Source: Camelus ferus
Lineage: Eukaryota
Assembly: GCF_009834535.1 (NCBI RefSeq)
Contig: NC_045696.1
Location: 60,700,001 to 60,764,000 of the forward strand
Length of the DNA stretch: 64,000 bases
Reading direction: 5' to 3'
Below the pieces are notes generated by a model, which worked only from the letters and a program-made list of their open reading frames with translations, had not been told where the DNA came from and ran no database searches. Made by a program: the position numbers and the translations under genes. This document shows, piece by piece, positions 12,951-25,321 of this stretch (positions within the stretch are counted from its first letter, which is position 1; the number at the start of each line of letters is the position of its first letter).

Positions 12951-13759
12951 TTCTTCCACTTGAGGGCCCTTTACAGACATTTTAGGAAGAAAGCTTAGAA
13001 AGTTGTCATTTCTATAAGAAGTTACAAAAACAATCCCCCCACCCCACACACACAACCCACCTCTTTATTTTAGTAATTTTGCAAAAAAAACAAAAACAAA
13101 CAAACAAAAAAAACCAAGACACTGGAATAAGGCACACCAGTATTATACATGAGAAAGAAACTGTCATGGAAATTAGAGCTCTCAGAAACAAACCCAGGTA
13201 CTCCTTCTGACTCCTGACAACTCTTTCACCCTCTTTAGACCTGAGTTTTTGCATCTGTAAAATAAGAGTGTTTAGGTGATTTTTGAAGTCCCTTCTAATT
13301 GTAAATTCTAGTTTCCGGCAACATGAGTTGTGAATTGAATGTATACCGTATGCAAAATAGTATGGTGGTGCAAAGTAGTATTACTCAATGTAAAAATGTA
13401 AACAAAATAGTAAAATAAATACAGATATACAGATAAGACTATGAAGAAAATAAAAGGGGATGATATAGAAAATAAGTAGGATTAGATGGAGACTTACTTT
13501 AGAAAGAACAGTTGTGGAAAGTCATCTTTGAGGAGATGGCATTTAAAGTGAGAGACTGAAGAAAGATGAAGTTAAGGGAAAAGCAAACTATTTACTTTTG
13601 GGGAAATGAGAGACCTGGGAGCCTGGAGCTTAGCGAACAAGAGAGTGCTGTGAGGTGACAATGAAGACATAGGCAGAGAAATTTGGATTTTATTGTAAGC
13701 GCAATGGAAAGCCATTGAAAATTTTAATAGATGAGGGTTGTGATCTGATCTATGTTTTT

Positions 13760-14300
<541 letters not shown>

Positions 14301-14329
14301 TTAAAAGATCTCTCTAGTCTTTCCAAGAA

Positions 14330-15370
14330 ATGGTTCTAGGACCCTGGATATCCACATACAAAAGAATGAGATTGGACCCTTACCTCACACCAAGTACAAA
14401 AATTAACTCAAAATGTATCAAAGACATAAATGTAAGAGCTAAAAGTATAAAATTCTCAAAAAAAAAAAAAAAAGAGTAAATCTCCATGATTTGGGATTAA
14501 GCAAAGCCTTCTTAGCTATAACATCAAAGCATAAGTGACCAAAGGAAAAATTGATTGGGTTTCTCAAAAATTAAAAACATCTGTGCTGAAAACAGTATCA
14601 TCAAGGAAGTGAAAAGACAACCTATGAAATAGGAGGAAAATGTTTGCAAACCATATATCTGATAAGGGACATATATTCAGAATATGTAGAGTGCTCTTAC
14701 AGCTCATTAATAAAAAGAAAACCAAATTTTAAAATGGACAAAGGAACTGAATAGACATTTCTCCAAAGAGGATACACCATAGGTTAATAAATACATTAAG
14801 AGATCAACATCATTACTAATCAAGGAAACACAGGTCAAAACCACAAGGAGATAGCACTTCACACCCACTAGGATGGCTATAATCAAAAAGATAGGCAACC
14901 ACCATTGTTGATGAGGGATGTGGAGAGGTTGGAACCCACATACACTGCTGGTAGAAATGTAAAATGTGATATATTCATAGAATAGAATATTATTTGACCA
15001 TAAAAGGAATGAAGTGCTGATATATCCTATAACAAAAAGACTTTGAAAGCATTACGCTAAGTGAAAGAAGCAAGACAGCAAAAGCCACATGTTGTGTGAC
15101 TCCATTTCTACGGACTGTCCAGAATAGGGAAATTTATAGAGACAGACAGTTGATTAGTGGTTGCCAGATGCTGAGAGGAAGGAGGAATGAGGAGTGACTG
15201 CTAATGGGTATGGGGTGCCTTGAGGGGTAATGAAATGTTTTAAAATTAGATAGTGGTGATGGTTGCACAATCTTGTGAATATACTAAAACCCACTTAACT
15301 GTACACCTTAAATGAGGGAATTCATTGAAGGTGAATTATATCAAAATAAAAGTTCTTCAAAAAAAAACAA
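14330..15370 (+). mobile_element. L1MB-like 3' fragment nested in an L2 (L2 about 13350-15530)
   Basis: L1 ORF2 end/3'UTR with A-tail; L2-like sequence on both sides. Confidence 0.8.
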
Positions 15371-15722
15371 AAGTCTCTCACTGCCACATAGAGAATTGAT
15401 TTTTGTGGGAGAAAAAGAGGAAGCAGGGATACTAGTCAGGAGGCTATTTTAGGAAGTGGGGTGAGAAGTGATAATGGCTTAGGCTAGGGTGATGGCAGTG
15501 GGAATGGAGAGAAGTAAATTGATCTCAATTGTGTGGGGTTGGGAGTGGCTTCAGTGCTGCAAATAGACTGGATTTGCAATAGTAAAGCACTTTTCTTACA
15601 GGCCTTTCCACTTCCACAACTCTGATCATGCCACTTTGAAACTTAGAACCCTCCAAAGACCTTTCATTATGTTTGGAATAAATTCCAAACTCCTCTTTAT
15701 GGTGCGAGGTAAGGGTCCATAC

Positions 15723-15954
15723 CAAGAAAAAAAAATGGTATGAAGGCTATTGTAATCACTATAGGATTTAGAGTTATCCTTGTATAATCCAATAGTGCCT
15801 GGGATAAATGTCTCTAAATAACCAATGAGCTCAGCCAGCTGTAGAAGTAAGCCACCCTCATCATGATCATCCAGACTCCAGTCCAGGAAAGGCAGCCTTG
15901 TGAGTGGGTGCCTTCACTGGAGCAATGGCAGGTGTGAAGAAGGGACATGCCAAC
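15723..15954 (-). pseudogene. Fossil exon (phase 1 to 2)
   Basis: ttttcccttgtccttag| WHVPSSHLPLLQ*RHPLTRLPFLDWSLDDHDEGGLLLQLAELIGYLETFIPGTIGLYKDNSKSYSDYNSLHTIFFS TG|GTATGG. One stop in 76 codons. Confidence 0.8.
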
Positions 15955-16386
15955 CTAAGGACAAGGGAAAACATGGAGTCTGGAAAAGGCCTCAGCTTTA
16001 GAGACCCTGAAACTATTTTGTCATTACTCCCAGTGATGATGAGACTTGGGGACTAGCCCATGCTAACCAAATGCACGACAGACTGATGCGTAGCAACTGG
16101 AAAGATAAGTGTTATTTAATAATGAAAAATTCAGTCCAGAGTACTCAAATTGGGTGTCAGCATTTTCTATGCAAGACACTAAACAAGATGAGCTAATTTA
16201 TTACCAGAAGGTTACATGAGGCTCATGGAATCAGAACCAGGATTGATAGATGTTTTATCATTTTTTAAGTAAAACCTTTTTGTGGTTGTACAATAGGGTC
16301 TGAGTCTGTTTCATTCAATGCCTAAGGAGAAAAAAGGGCATATGATTTGAGAAAGGAAGATAAAGAAATGCACTTTTTTGGAATGC

Positions 16387-16469
16387 CTTCAAAGAAGGAT
16401 ATGTTTATCTCTGTGAAGAGTTTAGGGTGCATTCCTCAGCGTTCCAGCTGGATGATGATTTGGTGCATC
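16387..16469 (-). pseudogene. Fossil exon (phase 2 to 1)
   Basis: MHQIIIQLER*GMHPKLFTEINISFFE. Weak acceptor and GC donor; phases fit both neighbours. Confidence 0.55.
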
Positions 16470-16629
16470 CTTCCACATGGTAAGAAGCTGCATAGCATAG
16501 TGCTTGAGAACATGGGCTTATGTGTCAGATCAACAATAACTGGATACTGATTGCATGCATGTGACTTGGGCAAGTTACCTAAACTACTTGTATTTGTTTC
16601 CTGGCCTGAAAATGGGAGTAATAACATCT

Positions 16630-17020
16630 CTGATATGGATTGAATTGTGTCTCCTGAAAATTCATCTAATCCCCCAAGCTATGTGATGATATTTAGAGAT
16701 GGGTCCTTAGAGATAATTAGGTTTAGATGAGGTCATAAGCCTGGGGCCCCCATGATGCGATTAGTACCCTTGTAAGAAGAGACACTAGAGTGCTTTTGCA
16801 TTCTCTCTCTCTCAACCTTCCTCTTCCCCCAGCCTCCACCATGTGAGGACACAGGGAGAAGGAAGCCATCTACAAGCCAGGAAGAGAGTTCTCACCAGAA
16901 ACTAGTGAGTCTGATCTTGGACTTCTAGCCTTCAGAACTGTAAGAAAATAAATGTTTGTTCTTTAAGCCATCCAGTCTGTGGTATTTTGTTATGGCAGCC
17001 TGGCAGCCAAAGGTAAGACA
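16630..17020 (+). mobile_element. MaLR solo LTR (MLT1A-like)
   Basis: tgatatggattgaattgtgtc...gatcttggacttctagccttcagaactgtaagaaaataaa...taagaca. Confidence 0.8.
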
Positions 17021-17218
17021 GTCTTCCTTTTGAGTGGTTGTCAGCATAAAATGAAATGATATATGTAAAGTCTGACATATGACGTGGCAAGTACTTAGCA
17101 ACTCTTAGCCATTGTTATTAGAAGAATAGAGTTTACCTGCCAAGTAAAATGAATGTTTGTCTTTGGTGAGAGCACCTTTCCCCTGGACAGCTCTGAAGAC
17201 ATATCAACTAGGACACAC

Positions 17219-17310
17219 CTGAATACATCCAACATATTTCTATGGGAGAATGCCGGCTTTGTCTCCCAGATGACATGGAATTTTCCAGAAGTATCCCAAT
17301 CAAATAAGAC
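17219..17310 (-). pseudogene. Fossil exon (phase 0 to 2)
   Basis: ccttgacag| VLFDWDTSGKFHVIWETKPAFSHRNMLDVF AG|GTGTGT. Open. Confidence 0.65.
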
Positions 17311-17419
17311 CTGTCAAGGTATGTAAACATAGAGTCCTAAGAACATTATGTGGAATCACTAGCTTTTAGGTATCGTCTGGGTGAAAATGCCGGTGCACAG
17401 GGTGATGCCTGCTCCAGTG

Positions 17420-17880
17420 TCACCTCCTCACAGAGGCCTTCCCTGACCACTCACTCTGGACAGAGGAGCAGCCCCCACCCCAATACTCTCAATCTTTTTA
17501 CCCTGCTTTAGTTTCCTTTATAGTATCTGATATTATATGCTTTGTTGTGCGTTTTTTGTCTGCTCACTAGAATGTAAGCTTCATAAAGAAAGAGTCCATT
17601 CTTTTTTCCCCACCTCTGTCTCCCCAGTACTCGAACATTGCCTGGTACATTTGTTGAATGAATGAATGAATGAATTTACTACAGTAGTTAAGAATATGCA
17701 CTTTGGCATCAGCCTTCAGATCTTGGCTCTGTCACTTAGCACATGTGATCTTGGCCAAGTTACCTACCTTGGTGAGCCTGAGTTTTCTCATCTCTAAAAT
17801 GGAAGTAGGATGAAATGAGAAAATATATAGAAAGTGCTTAGCACAGTGCCTGGCACCTAGTAAGCAGTGAACAAATGCTG
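17420..17880. mobile_element. L2 3' end plus MIR (representative; further MIR/L2 pieces at about 20130-20660, 26090-26270, 27190-27500, 28000-28300, 29380-29900, 32680-32830, 46070-46590)
   Basis: (GAAT)n L2 tail; MIR core gtgatcttggccaagttacctacc...gttttctcatctctaaaatgg. Confidence 0.7.
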
Positions 17881-18235
17881 GCCGCATTTTCTCTTTCTAA
17901 CCCTGATATGCAGGGGATGGAAGGGAAACTTATTTCCCTGAAGCACAGGAGGCCTGATTTCTCTATGAGCCTACAGCTATGGCATCTGGAATGAAGAGGT
18001 GGACAGGCTGCAAAGAAACTGGGGACAGGAGGGGAGTGGGGAGCAGTACTAATCCCATGAGAGCCACTGTGAGAATAAGTTTGTGGAGACCCACAATTTC
18101 TATTTTTTTAAAAATGAAGGAAGGAAGGAAGAGAGAAAAAAAGAGAAATTCTGAGAAGACAGAATGTTCACATTCACAATAGATGTTACTAGTATTGTGG
18201 TGGATTCAATGAATCAGAAGCCCTGTCCTCCCCAC

Positions 18236-18688
18236 CTCCAGCTTAGACAGAAATCCTTTAGCAATTTCCCACTCCAAGCGGGTGATTCAGCTGACGGGCT
18301 CCGAGAGAGCCAGCATTTCACTGGAAACACTCCCCTGCCAAGCTCAAGGCTGGTTGTGGGAGTAAAAGGAACAGACACACTCAGTGCTTCTGTTTGAGAG
18401 GAGGAAGGAACGTGGTGGAAGAGAGAATGGAGTAGCTGCTGTGCTCAGAGTTTGATAATGTGAATTTTTTTCTCATTCTTTGCTTCTCCCAGCACATCTT
18501 CTCTGAATCCCTATTGAGCCTGAAAGTATTTTGCTTAAATAACCAGTAGACAGTAAAATTTACTCTTAAAACTGTGTTATAAAATGAGAACACATGTTCC
18601 TTTAGTGAGATGTGTTCAGCTTGTCCATTTTTAGACTCATTTGGCTCGTGCAGGCAATGTTTTGCTGACAGAAGCCCATAAAAATGCA
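18236..18688 (-). pseudogene. Two fossil exons (18600-18688; 18236-18519, needs one frameshift)
   Basis: HFYGLLSAKHCLHEPNESKNGQAEHISLK (donor decayed). AQ*GFREDVLGEAKNEKKIHIIKL*AQQLLHSLFHHVP...ITRLEWEIAKGFLSKLE|GTGGGG joins in phase to VLFDWD. Confidence 0.5.
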
Positions 18689-18762
18689 CTGTCAATGGAA
18701 GTCACATGACCTTTCCATCAAGTGGTGAATACCATGGGAAAGGAGAGAAAGAAAAGTCAAGT

Positions 18763-18900
18763 TGGGGGGAGGGTATAGCTCAGTGGCAGAGTGCATGCTT
18801 AACTTGCATGGGGTTCTAGGTTCAATCCCCAGTGCCTCCTCTAAATATAAGTAAACTTAATTACCTCCCCCAGCCCCCCCCCAAAATTAATTTAAAAAAA
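18763..18900 (+). mobile_element. Camelid-type tRNA-derived SINE
   Basis: GGGGAGGGTATAGCTCAGTGGCAGAG...GGTTCAATCCCCAG...AAGTAAACTTAATTACCTCCCC; TSD AAAAGTCAA. Confidence 0.88.
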
Positions 18901-19035
18901 AGTCAACTAATGCATTATCATGAAATCACATGGGTGTGAATTCTGGGGGTCAGCATGCAAATTTGTTATTCCCATCAAATAAGTCAGTTGACAAGAGAAC
19001 ACTGACTTACTTGATAGGATATGTGCCAATCTCTC

Positions 19036-19117
19036 TATTTTTTGGAGGTGGGGAGGTACTAGGGATTGAACCCAGGACGTCGTGCATGCTCTACCACTGA
19101 GCTGTATCCTCCCCCTC
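19036..19117 (-). mobile_element. Camelid-type tRNA-derived SINE (short)
   Basis: Reverse complement of the same head; flanked by CCAAT(C/A)TCTCT. Confidence 0.8.
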
Positions 19118-19450
19118 AACCAATATCTCTTTTGAAAACACTGCATCCCATCACCAAAAACAAAAAGGTAAATACTAGGATGTATTTTTCAATACGTGCT
19201 CCATATGATACTGCAGGATATTAATAGTTGTTACTTAATTAATTTTTCTTGCTGTGATTAGATACATTAAAAAATAGGTTTTAGAGTTGCATTGGTTCTT
19301 TTATTGCAGAACTTCTTGGAGGATTTAATATGCTAATGTACATCACATATCTTCATAAGGGAGATAGGAGGTGCAATATTTCTCATAATTATTTGACCAC
19401 AGAATGTCTTTTACATAGAACATCTCCCAGAAACAATGCTTACAAAGCAC

Positions 19451-20051
19451 CGTTCCCCTCCCTGGCCTGGCGTCTCCCCACTGCATTCAGGCCAGACTCT
19501 CGGCCCCCCGGTGGATGCTACTCTCTGGGCTGGCTCTGCAGGGAGCTTGCTCAAGCCACCCTTTTGTCTTCAGCCCCAGTAGCCTCAGTGCCAATTGTGA
19601 TGATGATATTTGCAACACTGTCACACAGGGCCTGAGGATCAATCCTCTAATCTTCCCTCACATCAGCCACCAGTGCTCTGCTGATAATTGCTTTTACTTT
19701 TCTAAATACCAGCCAATAGAGGAGAATGTCTAAACGAAAAGAAGCTGTTCATAGCCCAGGTGGAAGCAGAAAGATGGCCAAGTCTGTTAGAGCAGGGAAC
19801 AAAGAGGCAAAGTCAAGTAGTATGTGATTTAGAAAGTCACTTTCTATAGTAAGTTTATTGGCAAAGAACTAGAGGTTCTTTGCAGAGTCACAGTCATGAC
19901 ATGCAGAGTAAGGCAGAGGTAAGATTACGCAGAGAATGGAATTAAGTCAGGTTTATCCAAAGGTTGCCTACATGGAGCCCAAAGATGAAGTATCAAGAGG
20001 ACTATGATTTCTTCTTTCCCTCATCTTTGTGAAAACTGAAATGAGGTCTGC
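19451..20051 (-). pseudogene. Three fossil exons (19929-20051, 19710-19783, 19451-19631)
   Basis: Strong acceptors (tatttccttttctctag; tttgttccctgctctaacag). RPHFSFHKDEGKKKS*SS*YFIFGLHVGNLWINLT*FHSL / LAIFLLPPGL*TASFRLDILLYWL / ALCDSVANIIITIGTEA... Phases 1-1, 1-0 and 0-1 chain. Confidence 0.65.
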
Positions 20052-20789
20052 CTAGAGAAAAGGAAATAAGATGGTCTCAGATTTTTCAAAGCCAATGAAT
20101 ATTGTTTCTTATTTCTTCCATGAAAGCCTTTATTGTACTCATTAATTGAGTATTTATTGCACATGAATTATATGCCAGGGACTCTGATAGTTGCAAAGGT
20201 AACGACCATAAACAAGACACAGTTTCTGCCCCCAGTTTCTGTATGGAGCCAGGAAGGCAGATCTTAAGTAAGAAACTTAAAAAAAGTGTGAGAAGTCTCA
20301 AGATACGGGTTGTATTGGTGCCTGAGGAGAAATAGGTGGGCGGATAGGTGGGTGGTTTATTTTACCTCATGTAGCAATCGGAGAGGGCCTTCTTGAGAAA
20401 AGTGATGTTTGCACTTATAACTGGAAGGATGAGTTGAAGGCAGAGTGAGGTAATGTTCTGGGTAGAGGGAAGAACATGTTCTAAGATGACAGAGAAGAGA
20501 TAGAAGAGGAACTTCAAGAAGGCCAAGATGGCCAGATCTCAAAAGGAATATAACAGAAGATGAGTCCAGGGAGGCAGAGAAGGGTCAGATGCCAGGCCAA
20601 GGAATTTGGACTTTTTCCTAAACACAACGGGAGCCACTGAATGATCCTAAACAAAGGAGTCAATTACATGATAAGACTTAAATTGTCTAATACAGAATGA
20701 CATTCTTTCTAGACCTAGCTTCTCTACCTGGACCTAAGTACACCCTTGCCCTGAATTAGGTTCTTAGGAACACTTATATTCCCACTCAT

Positions 20790-21751
20790 TGTTGGATTTC
20801 AAGTAGAAATCCTGACCCCTGGTTCCACTGCCAGGTCCTGCCAGCCGTAAGACACAAACAGAAACCTCCAGCAAGGAAGTCTTCTTCCCCAGGTGACTGA
20901 GAGAGGTAAGCAATGGATCTTTACCACCTGGGTGCCTTTCTCAATTTCCTGACTCTCGTTTGACCAGAAAGAGGCTTGTGAATTCCCTCTTACTTGTTTC
21001 TGTCTTCTCTCCTGATGATCACTTACTTTCACATGGTACTTGGTAACCATACAACCTCATGAAAAGACGCTCACCAGCATAAAGGGACAGCTTGCTCCTC
21101 CTTTCCATCTTTCGGAGCAACTTTGGCTTCGTCATGAGCTGTGCTTTTTATGGCAGTTACAGCTGCTCGTGGCTCTTTCAGCTGCAACAAAACCCACTTT
21201 AGCTCTTCTAAACCATCCCGAATGTTTTAGAACTTAACTGACCAGATCTTAAACCAATTCCTCATTTGTTCCCAGGACATAACAGATGAAGGCATTTCAC
21301 ACAGACCATTGCCCAAAAGTATCGATTCATCTCAAAGAAGCATAGCAGAGAGACACTGTCCTCAGCCACCCAAGATGTCTGATTTGATGTGATTTCAACC
21401 AGGAGAGCTTGAGGCAACAATGTCCTTGTTCTTCTTGGCAATTTAAGAGACCCTTTACGAAAGCAGTACTGTTGGCAAGCCAAGCTGCTAATTATTCAGA
21501 GTGTCTGGTCAGGCTTCCAGAGGCCAAGGTCAGTGAGTTCTCTAATCTCCTGTCTTCAGCATTCCCCAAGCCTGAGCCCTTCAGGCTCCTATGATCCTTT
21601 CTCATGGCAGCAGGCTGTTTCATGCTCCGCTCTTAATCACGACCCAAAGAGCCAATGTAATATAGGCTTTGCAGGTTGGAAAAAAGTCAAAGAAAACATC
21701 ACCCTTATAATTGTATATATCTTGCTATGGAGGGGAAATTCGGTGATGACA
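20790..21751 (-). pseudogene. Four fossil exons (21644-21751, 21307-21468, 21075-21181, 20790-20896)
   Basis: CHHRISPP*QDIYNYKGDVFFDFFPTCKAYITLALW / YCFRKG...NQTSWVAEDSVSLLCFFEMNRYFWAM / LKEPRAAVTAIKSTAHDEAKVAPKDGKEEQAVPLC (TG|GTGAGC) / HLGKKTSLLEVSVCVLRLAGPGSGTRGQDFYLKSN. One stop in about 160 codons; the last donor is decayed (atgagt). Confidence 0.7.
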
Positions 21752-22127
21752 CTGCAGAGTGGAGAATAACTTTTTTTTTTTTTTTTGTCCTTTTTAGTAG
21801 AGTCATAGACACAAATGCCAAACAGGGTCCAGTAAACAAAGGCAGTAGGCCAGGTGGGGGCTATAGTCAGTGGAGAGTAAAGAGAGGGCCGCTTCTTCAT
21901 TCCAACAGACTGTTGTCAGGAAGGCCCAGTGAAGCCAAATCTGATTTTCTAAGAGAAGCCAGAAATATGAGCTTTAATGTCAAAGCCCCTCAAGTGTTAA
22001 ATGTTCACCACTATTTCAAAAAATTGTTTACTATGTAGGAACCAAAACAAAATGCATTTGTAACCAGATTCAACCCAGAGGACACCAGTTTGGATTCATG
22101 TCCACTGCAGATTCATCAGGTTGTCAC

Positions 22128-22896
22128 CTGTACTCATCCAAGTCATGGGCAAAATTTTGACCAGGACAGAGTCTGAGTAGGATCTTCCCTCTGGATTCAC
22201 ATGGATCCAATCAATCAGAACTCTTTGGTGTGGTGGAGTGCCTCCATTCCCACCCAGCTTTCTCCACCTATTTTGAAAGGCTGTTATGAGAGATTTGGCT
22301 GAAATCCTGTGGCTACAGCATTTCCCTACCCTGCGTTTTGGCAGCCTTAATTTTAAAGAATCACCCAACAAGTTAGTGGCTGAGCTGAAACAGTATGGTC
22401 TCCGCTATCCCAAATCTCCCCATCTGTTTGGAGACATGAGAACACACAACTGAAACACAGCAAGAGGGCAGGGCTCTTCTCTTCTCCATCATTTGAGAGA
22501 AAATAGGGATATAAGAAGGAAGGGCTTTAGAGTGACTGGTTCATGATCTAAACTTAAGAAAAGAACTGCAAATAGATCAAAACCTCTTTGGCTGAATCTA
22601 CTTTAAGCATGCCATGTCCTTTCCCGTGATTTTTCTCTTCTGCAAATTGGAGGAAATGATATATTTTTAAAATATGGGCTTTTAGTCATTCGAAACAGTT
22701 TTCCTCAGCCCCTATGGAATCTCCTTCCTAGAAAGGTTGTTATAGTTGGCATAGACTGGCTTCAGGAATACCTGGCAGGAGATCTGGGCCAGATGGTTAT
22801 CATAGTCCTCATAGCCATGATCCTTTAGCAATGAGGGCCAAGAAGGAAGGTATTTGTTTCAAGCATCCTTGACAAGGAAGGTTTCATACTTAAGTG
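22128..22896 (-). pseudogene. Four fossil exons (22711-22896, 22537-22639, 22365-22423, 22128-22267)
   Basis: LKYETFLVKDA*NKYLPSWPSLLKDHGYEDYDNHLAQISCQVFLKPVYANYNNLSRKEIP* / EKNHGKGHGMLKVDSAKEVLIYLQFFS*V*IMN / WGDLG*RRPYCFSSATNLL / GESWVGMEALHH... (frame ambiguous). Short 70-115 nt introns. Confidence 0.6.
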
Positions 22897-23100
22897 CTGC
22901 TTGGCCACAGGTCACTAGCCACATTCCCCCTGACCTGTGCCTGGGTCATGCTTTCACATCACTTGTGTATCGCCTAAGAAGGGAGGAAAACAGAAGTCAG
23001 AAATAGATCCACCTCTATGGTTTTAAGACACTCCTTAGGAATCCTTTGTTCTCTCAAGTAAGAGAATTTTTTTAACTATGTGACTAGTTAAGAGTACTAG

Positions 23101-24337
23101 CCATTACTAAATCTGCACAAGCTTCAGGCAGTTCTAGTCTAGATCAGTGCTCAAAATCTTCTAAGCCTATCTTGAATTCCATCATCCTGTGATGTCGTAA
23201 CTCTAATACCACAACTGACTTCCTGCCCTCATCCTTGTCTTTAAAATCTGAACAAAGAATACTGAGCTAGCTTTAGGTGGGAGACATAAGGCGTCTTCCT
23301 GACTGTGAAAGTACGGGAGACCCTGAGATGAGTCTACAAGGAAGAGACAGGGAATTCTTGATTCCTGCAGGGTTTTAGGCAAAGAATTAGCACGAAGTTG
23401 TCAGAGATAGAGTTGGTACAGAACCTAAAGAAGATGTGACCCCCAAACCAGATCCAGACTTTGGAAGGGTTTCCATTGTTTCAAGGGCTAACAAGCCACT
23501 AGGAAGAGAGATGGCATAGACAGGGAAAGGTAGAGGGCACTTGTTTTAAGCCTCAAATGTCCAAATGACCTTCCAGGACCCACAATGACAGCCAACCAAC
23601 AGCAGCAATGGTGGTCATTCGGTGGGACACCACCTCCTGGATGCCGCCTGGTCTATCAGCTTCATGTGTGGCATTGCTCTGAAAGGCTCTTCCATTCAGT
23701 GCAGTTTCCTCCTTTGTCACCAACTTCTTTAGGTCCAGGCCTTCATGGGAAAAATAAATCACATTTTCATCCTGTTCACCTTTGCTTCCCAAGCATATCT
23801 GTGAGAGCTGTCTATCTGGGCTGCCAGAACAAAAATATCATAGTCCAGGTGGCTTAAGCAACAACCGTTCATTTCTCACACTTTTGGAGGCTGGAAGTCC
23901 AAGATCGCTGAGGCACTGGCAGATCCAGCGTCTGGTGAGAGTTCTCCTCCTGATTTGTAGATGACCGGCTTCTTGCTGTGCCTTCTTCACATGGTGGAAA
24001 GGGTAAGGGAGGCTCTGGGGTCCCTTTTATAAGGACATTAATCACATTCATGAGGGCTCACACTCATGACCTAATCACCTCCCAAGGGCCCCACTTCCTA
24101 GTATCATCACATTGCAGGTTAGGATTTAAATATATGAATTTGAGAGACCAGAACAAAAGCTGTGAGAGTTCTTCCCCACCTCAGACTGGATTCTGATGGA
24201 CAGAGTACTGTTCTCTGCAACCCTCGTCTCAGTCATGTTTTGGCTGATATTAATTGGGTCTGATGTAATCTTACCATCTTATACATTCCTTAACTCCTGG
24301 AAAAAAATCTATTTAGCCATGCCAAGAAAATGATCAT
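23101..24337 (-). pseudogene. Four fossil exons (24275-24337, 23570-23740, 23425-23498, ~23101-23333)
   Basis: Donor TG|GTAAGA at 24274; acceptors ctctcttcctag and tctcttccttgtag. LDLKKLVTKEETALNGRAFQ...GWLSLWVLE is open (ORF track 23553-23792). Frames of the two downstream exons are ambiguous. Confidence 0.55.
23810..24150 (-). mobile_element. MaLR solo LTR (MLT1-like)
   Basis: ggtggcttaagcaac...ggaggctggaagtccaagatc...catgacctaatcacctcccaa. Confidence 0.8.
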
Positions 24338-25321
24338 CTAGTTTTTTAAAGATTATTTTAAGAAGCAGTCTTTCTCATAAGCAATTTATTGAAGAACTGT
24401 ACAAGCATGTTCATAGTTTATAATAAGAAAATTAAAAACAACCTAAATACCCATTAATAGGATAATGTGTGGTTCCTGGGATAGCTGATGTATTCCTTAA
24501 ATTTTTAAGAATGAAAATGCTTTCATTTTACTTGTGTCAAGTCGTGGTTGTAGCCGGCTAAGTAGCCCCTGCCTTGTTCTTGCCCTTTATAATTGTTCTC
24601 ACTGCTTTCTTATTGCTCTATTAAAATGCAAGGATGATTGTGCTACTTCTGAGCTTAAAGCTTTCTTATGGTTGGTACCTCACTGTCTACCTATCACGTT
24701 CTGAGCTTCTCGGTGTGTGTGTGAGAGCCCACGTGACCTGCCCCTGCTCTCGCACAGCCTCAGCTGCGGTGCCTGTGCTCTGCTCTCCAACCACACGTGA
24801 CGTGTCTCCACCCTCTGGACCCAGCAGTTTCTTTCACAGCTATGGGGCTTTGCACTTAACTGCTCTCTGCTTTCAGTACCTTCCTCTTTCTCCAGAATCA
24901 AATTTTAACATACTGTCCTTCTCTACCCTTAGAAAAGGTAAGCCTACCTGTTCCAACAGCCACTACGGACTCTTAGGACGCTCTGCACAAAGTGTTTGTG
25001 TGTACTCCTTGTCTGCTCCTCCAGAGTGTGTGCTCTTGAGGCTGAGAGGTGTGTTCATCTCATATTCCCCACTGAAGCACAGGCCCTGTTGGTTGCTAAA
25101 TATTGAATGCATGAATAAAGTAATGAATGAACAAGTGTATGATTCTTCTAATGCTTGCATCTGTTAGTTCCTGGTGTTTGTTTCAGGCTATACTCAATCA
25201 TTTAAACTGTGTTCACATATATAAAAACATGGGGCTTGGGGAAGAGAGGTCCCATGCAACAAGTTCAGTCTCAGCCTCAAATCCTCCCAATGATAGCTCT
25301 GCTCACAACAGAAAGGCCCAC

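Noticed and set aside
21307..22267. Resemblance of NQTSWV to TTC17 and of GESWVGMEALHH to fibrinogen-domain GEFWLG motifs
   Set aside because: Matches are only a few residues and flanking sequence does not extend them; no family assigned.
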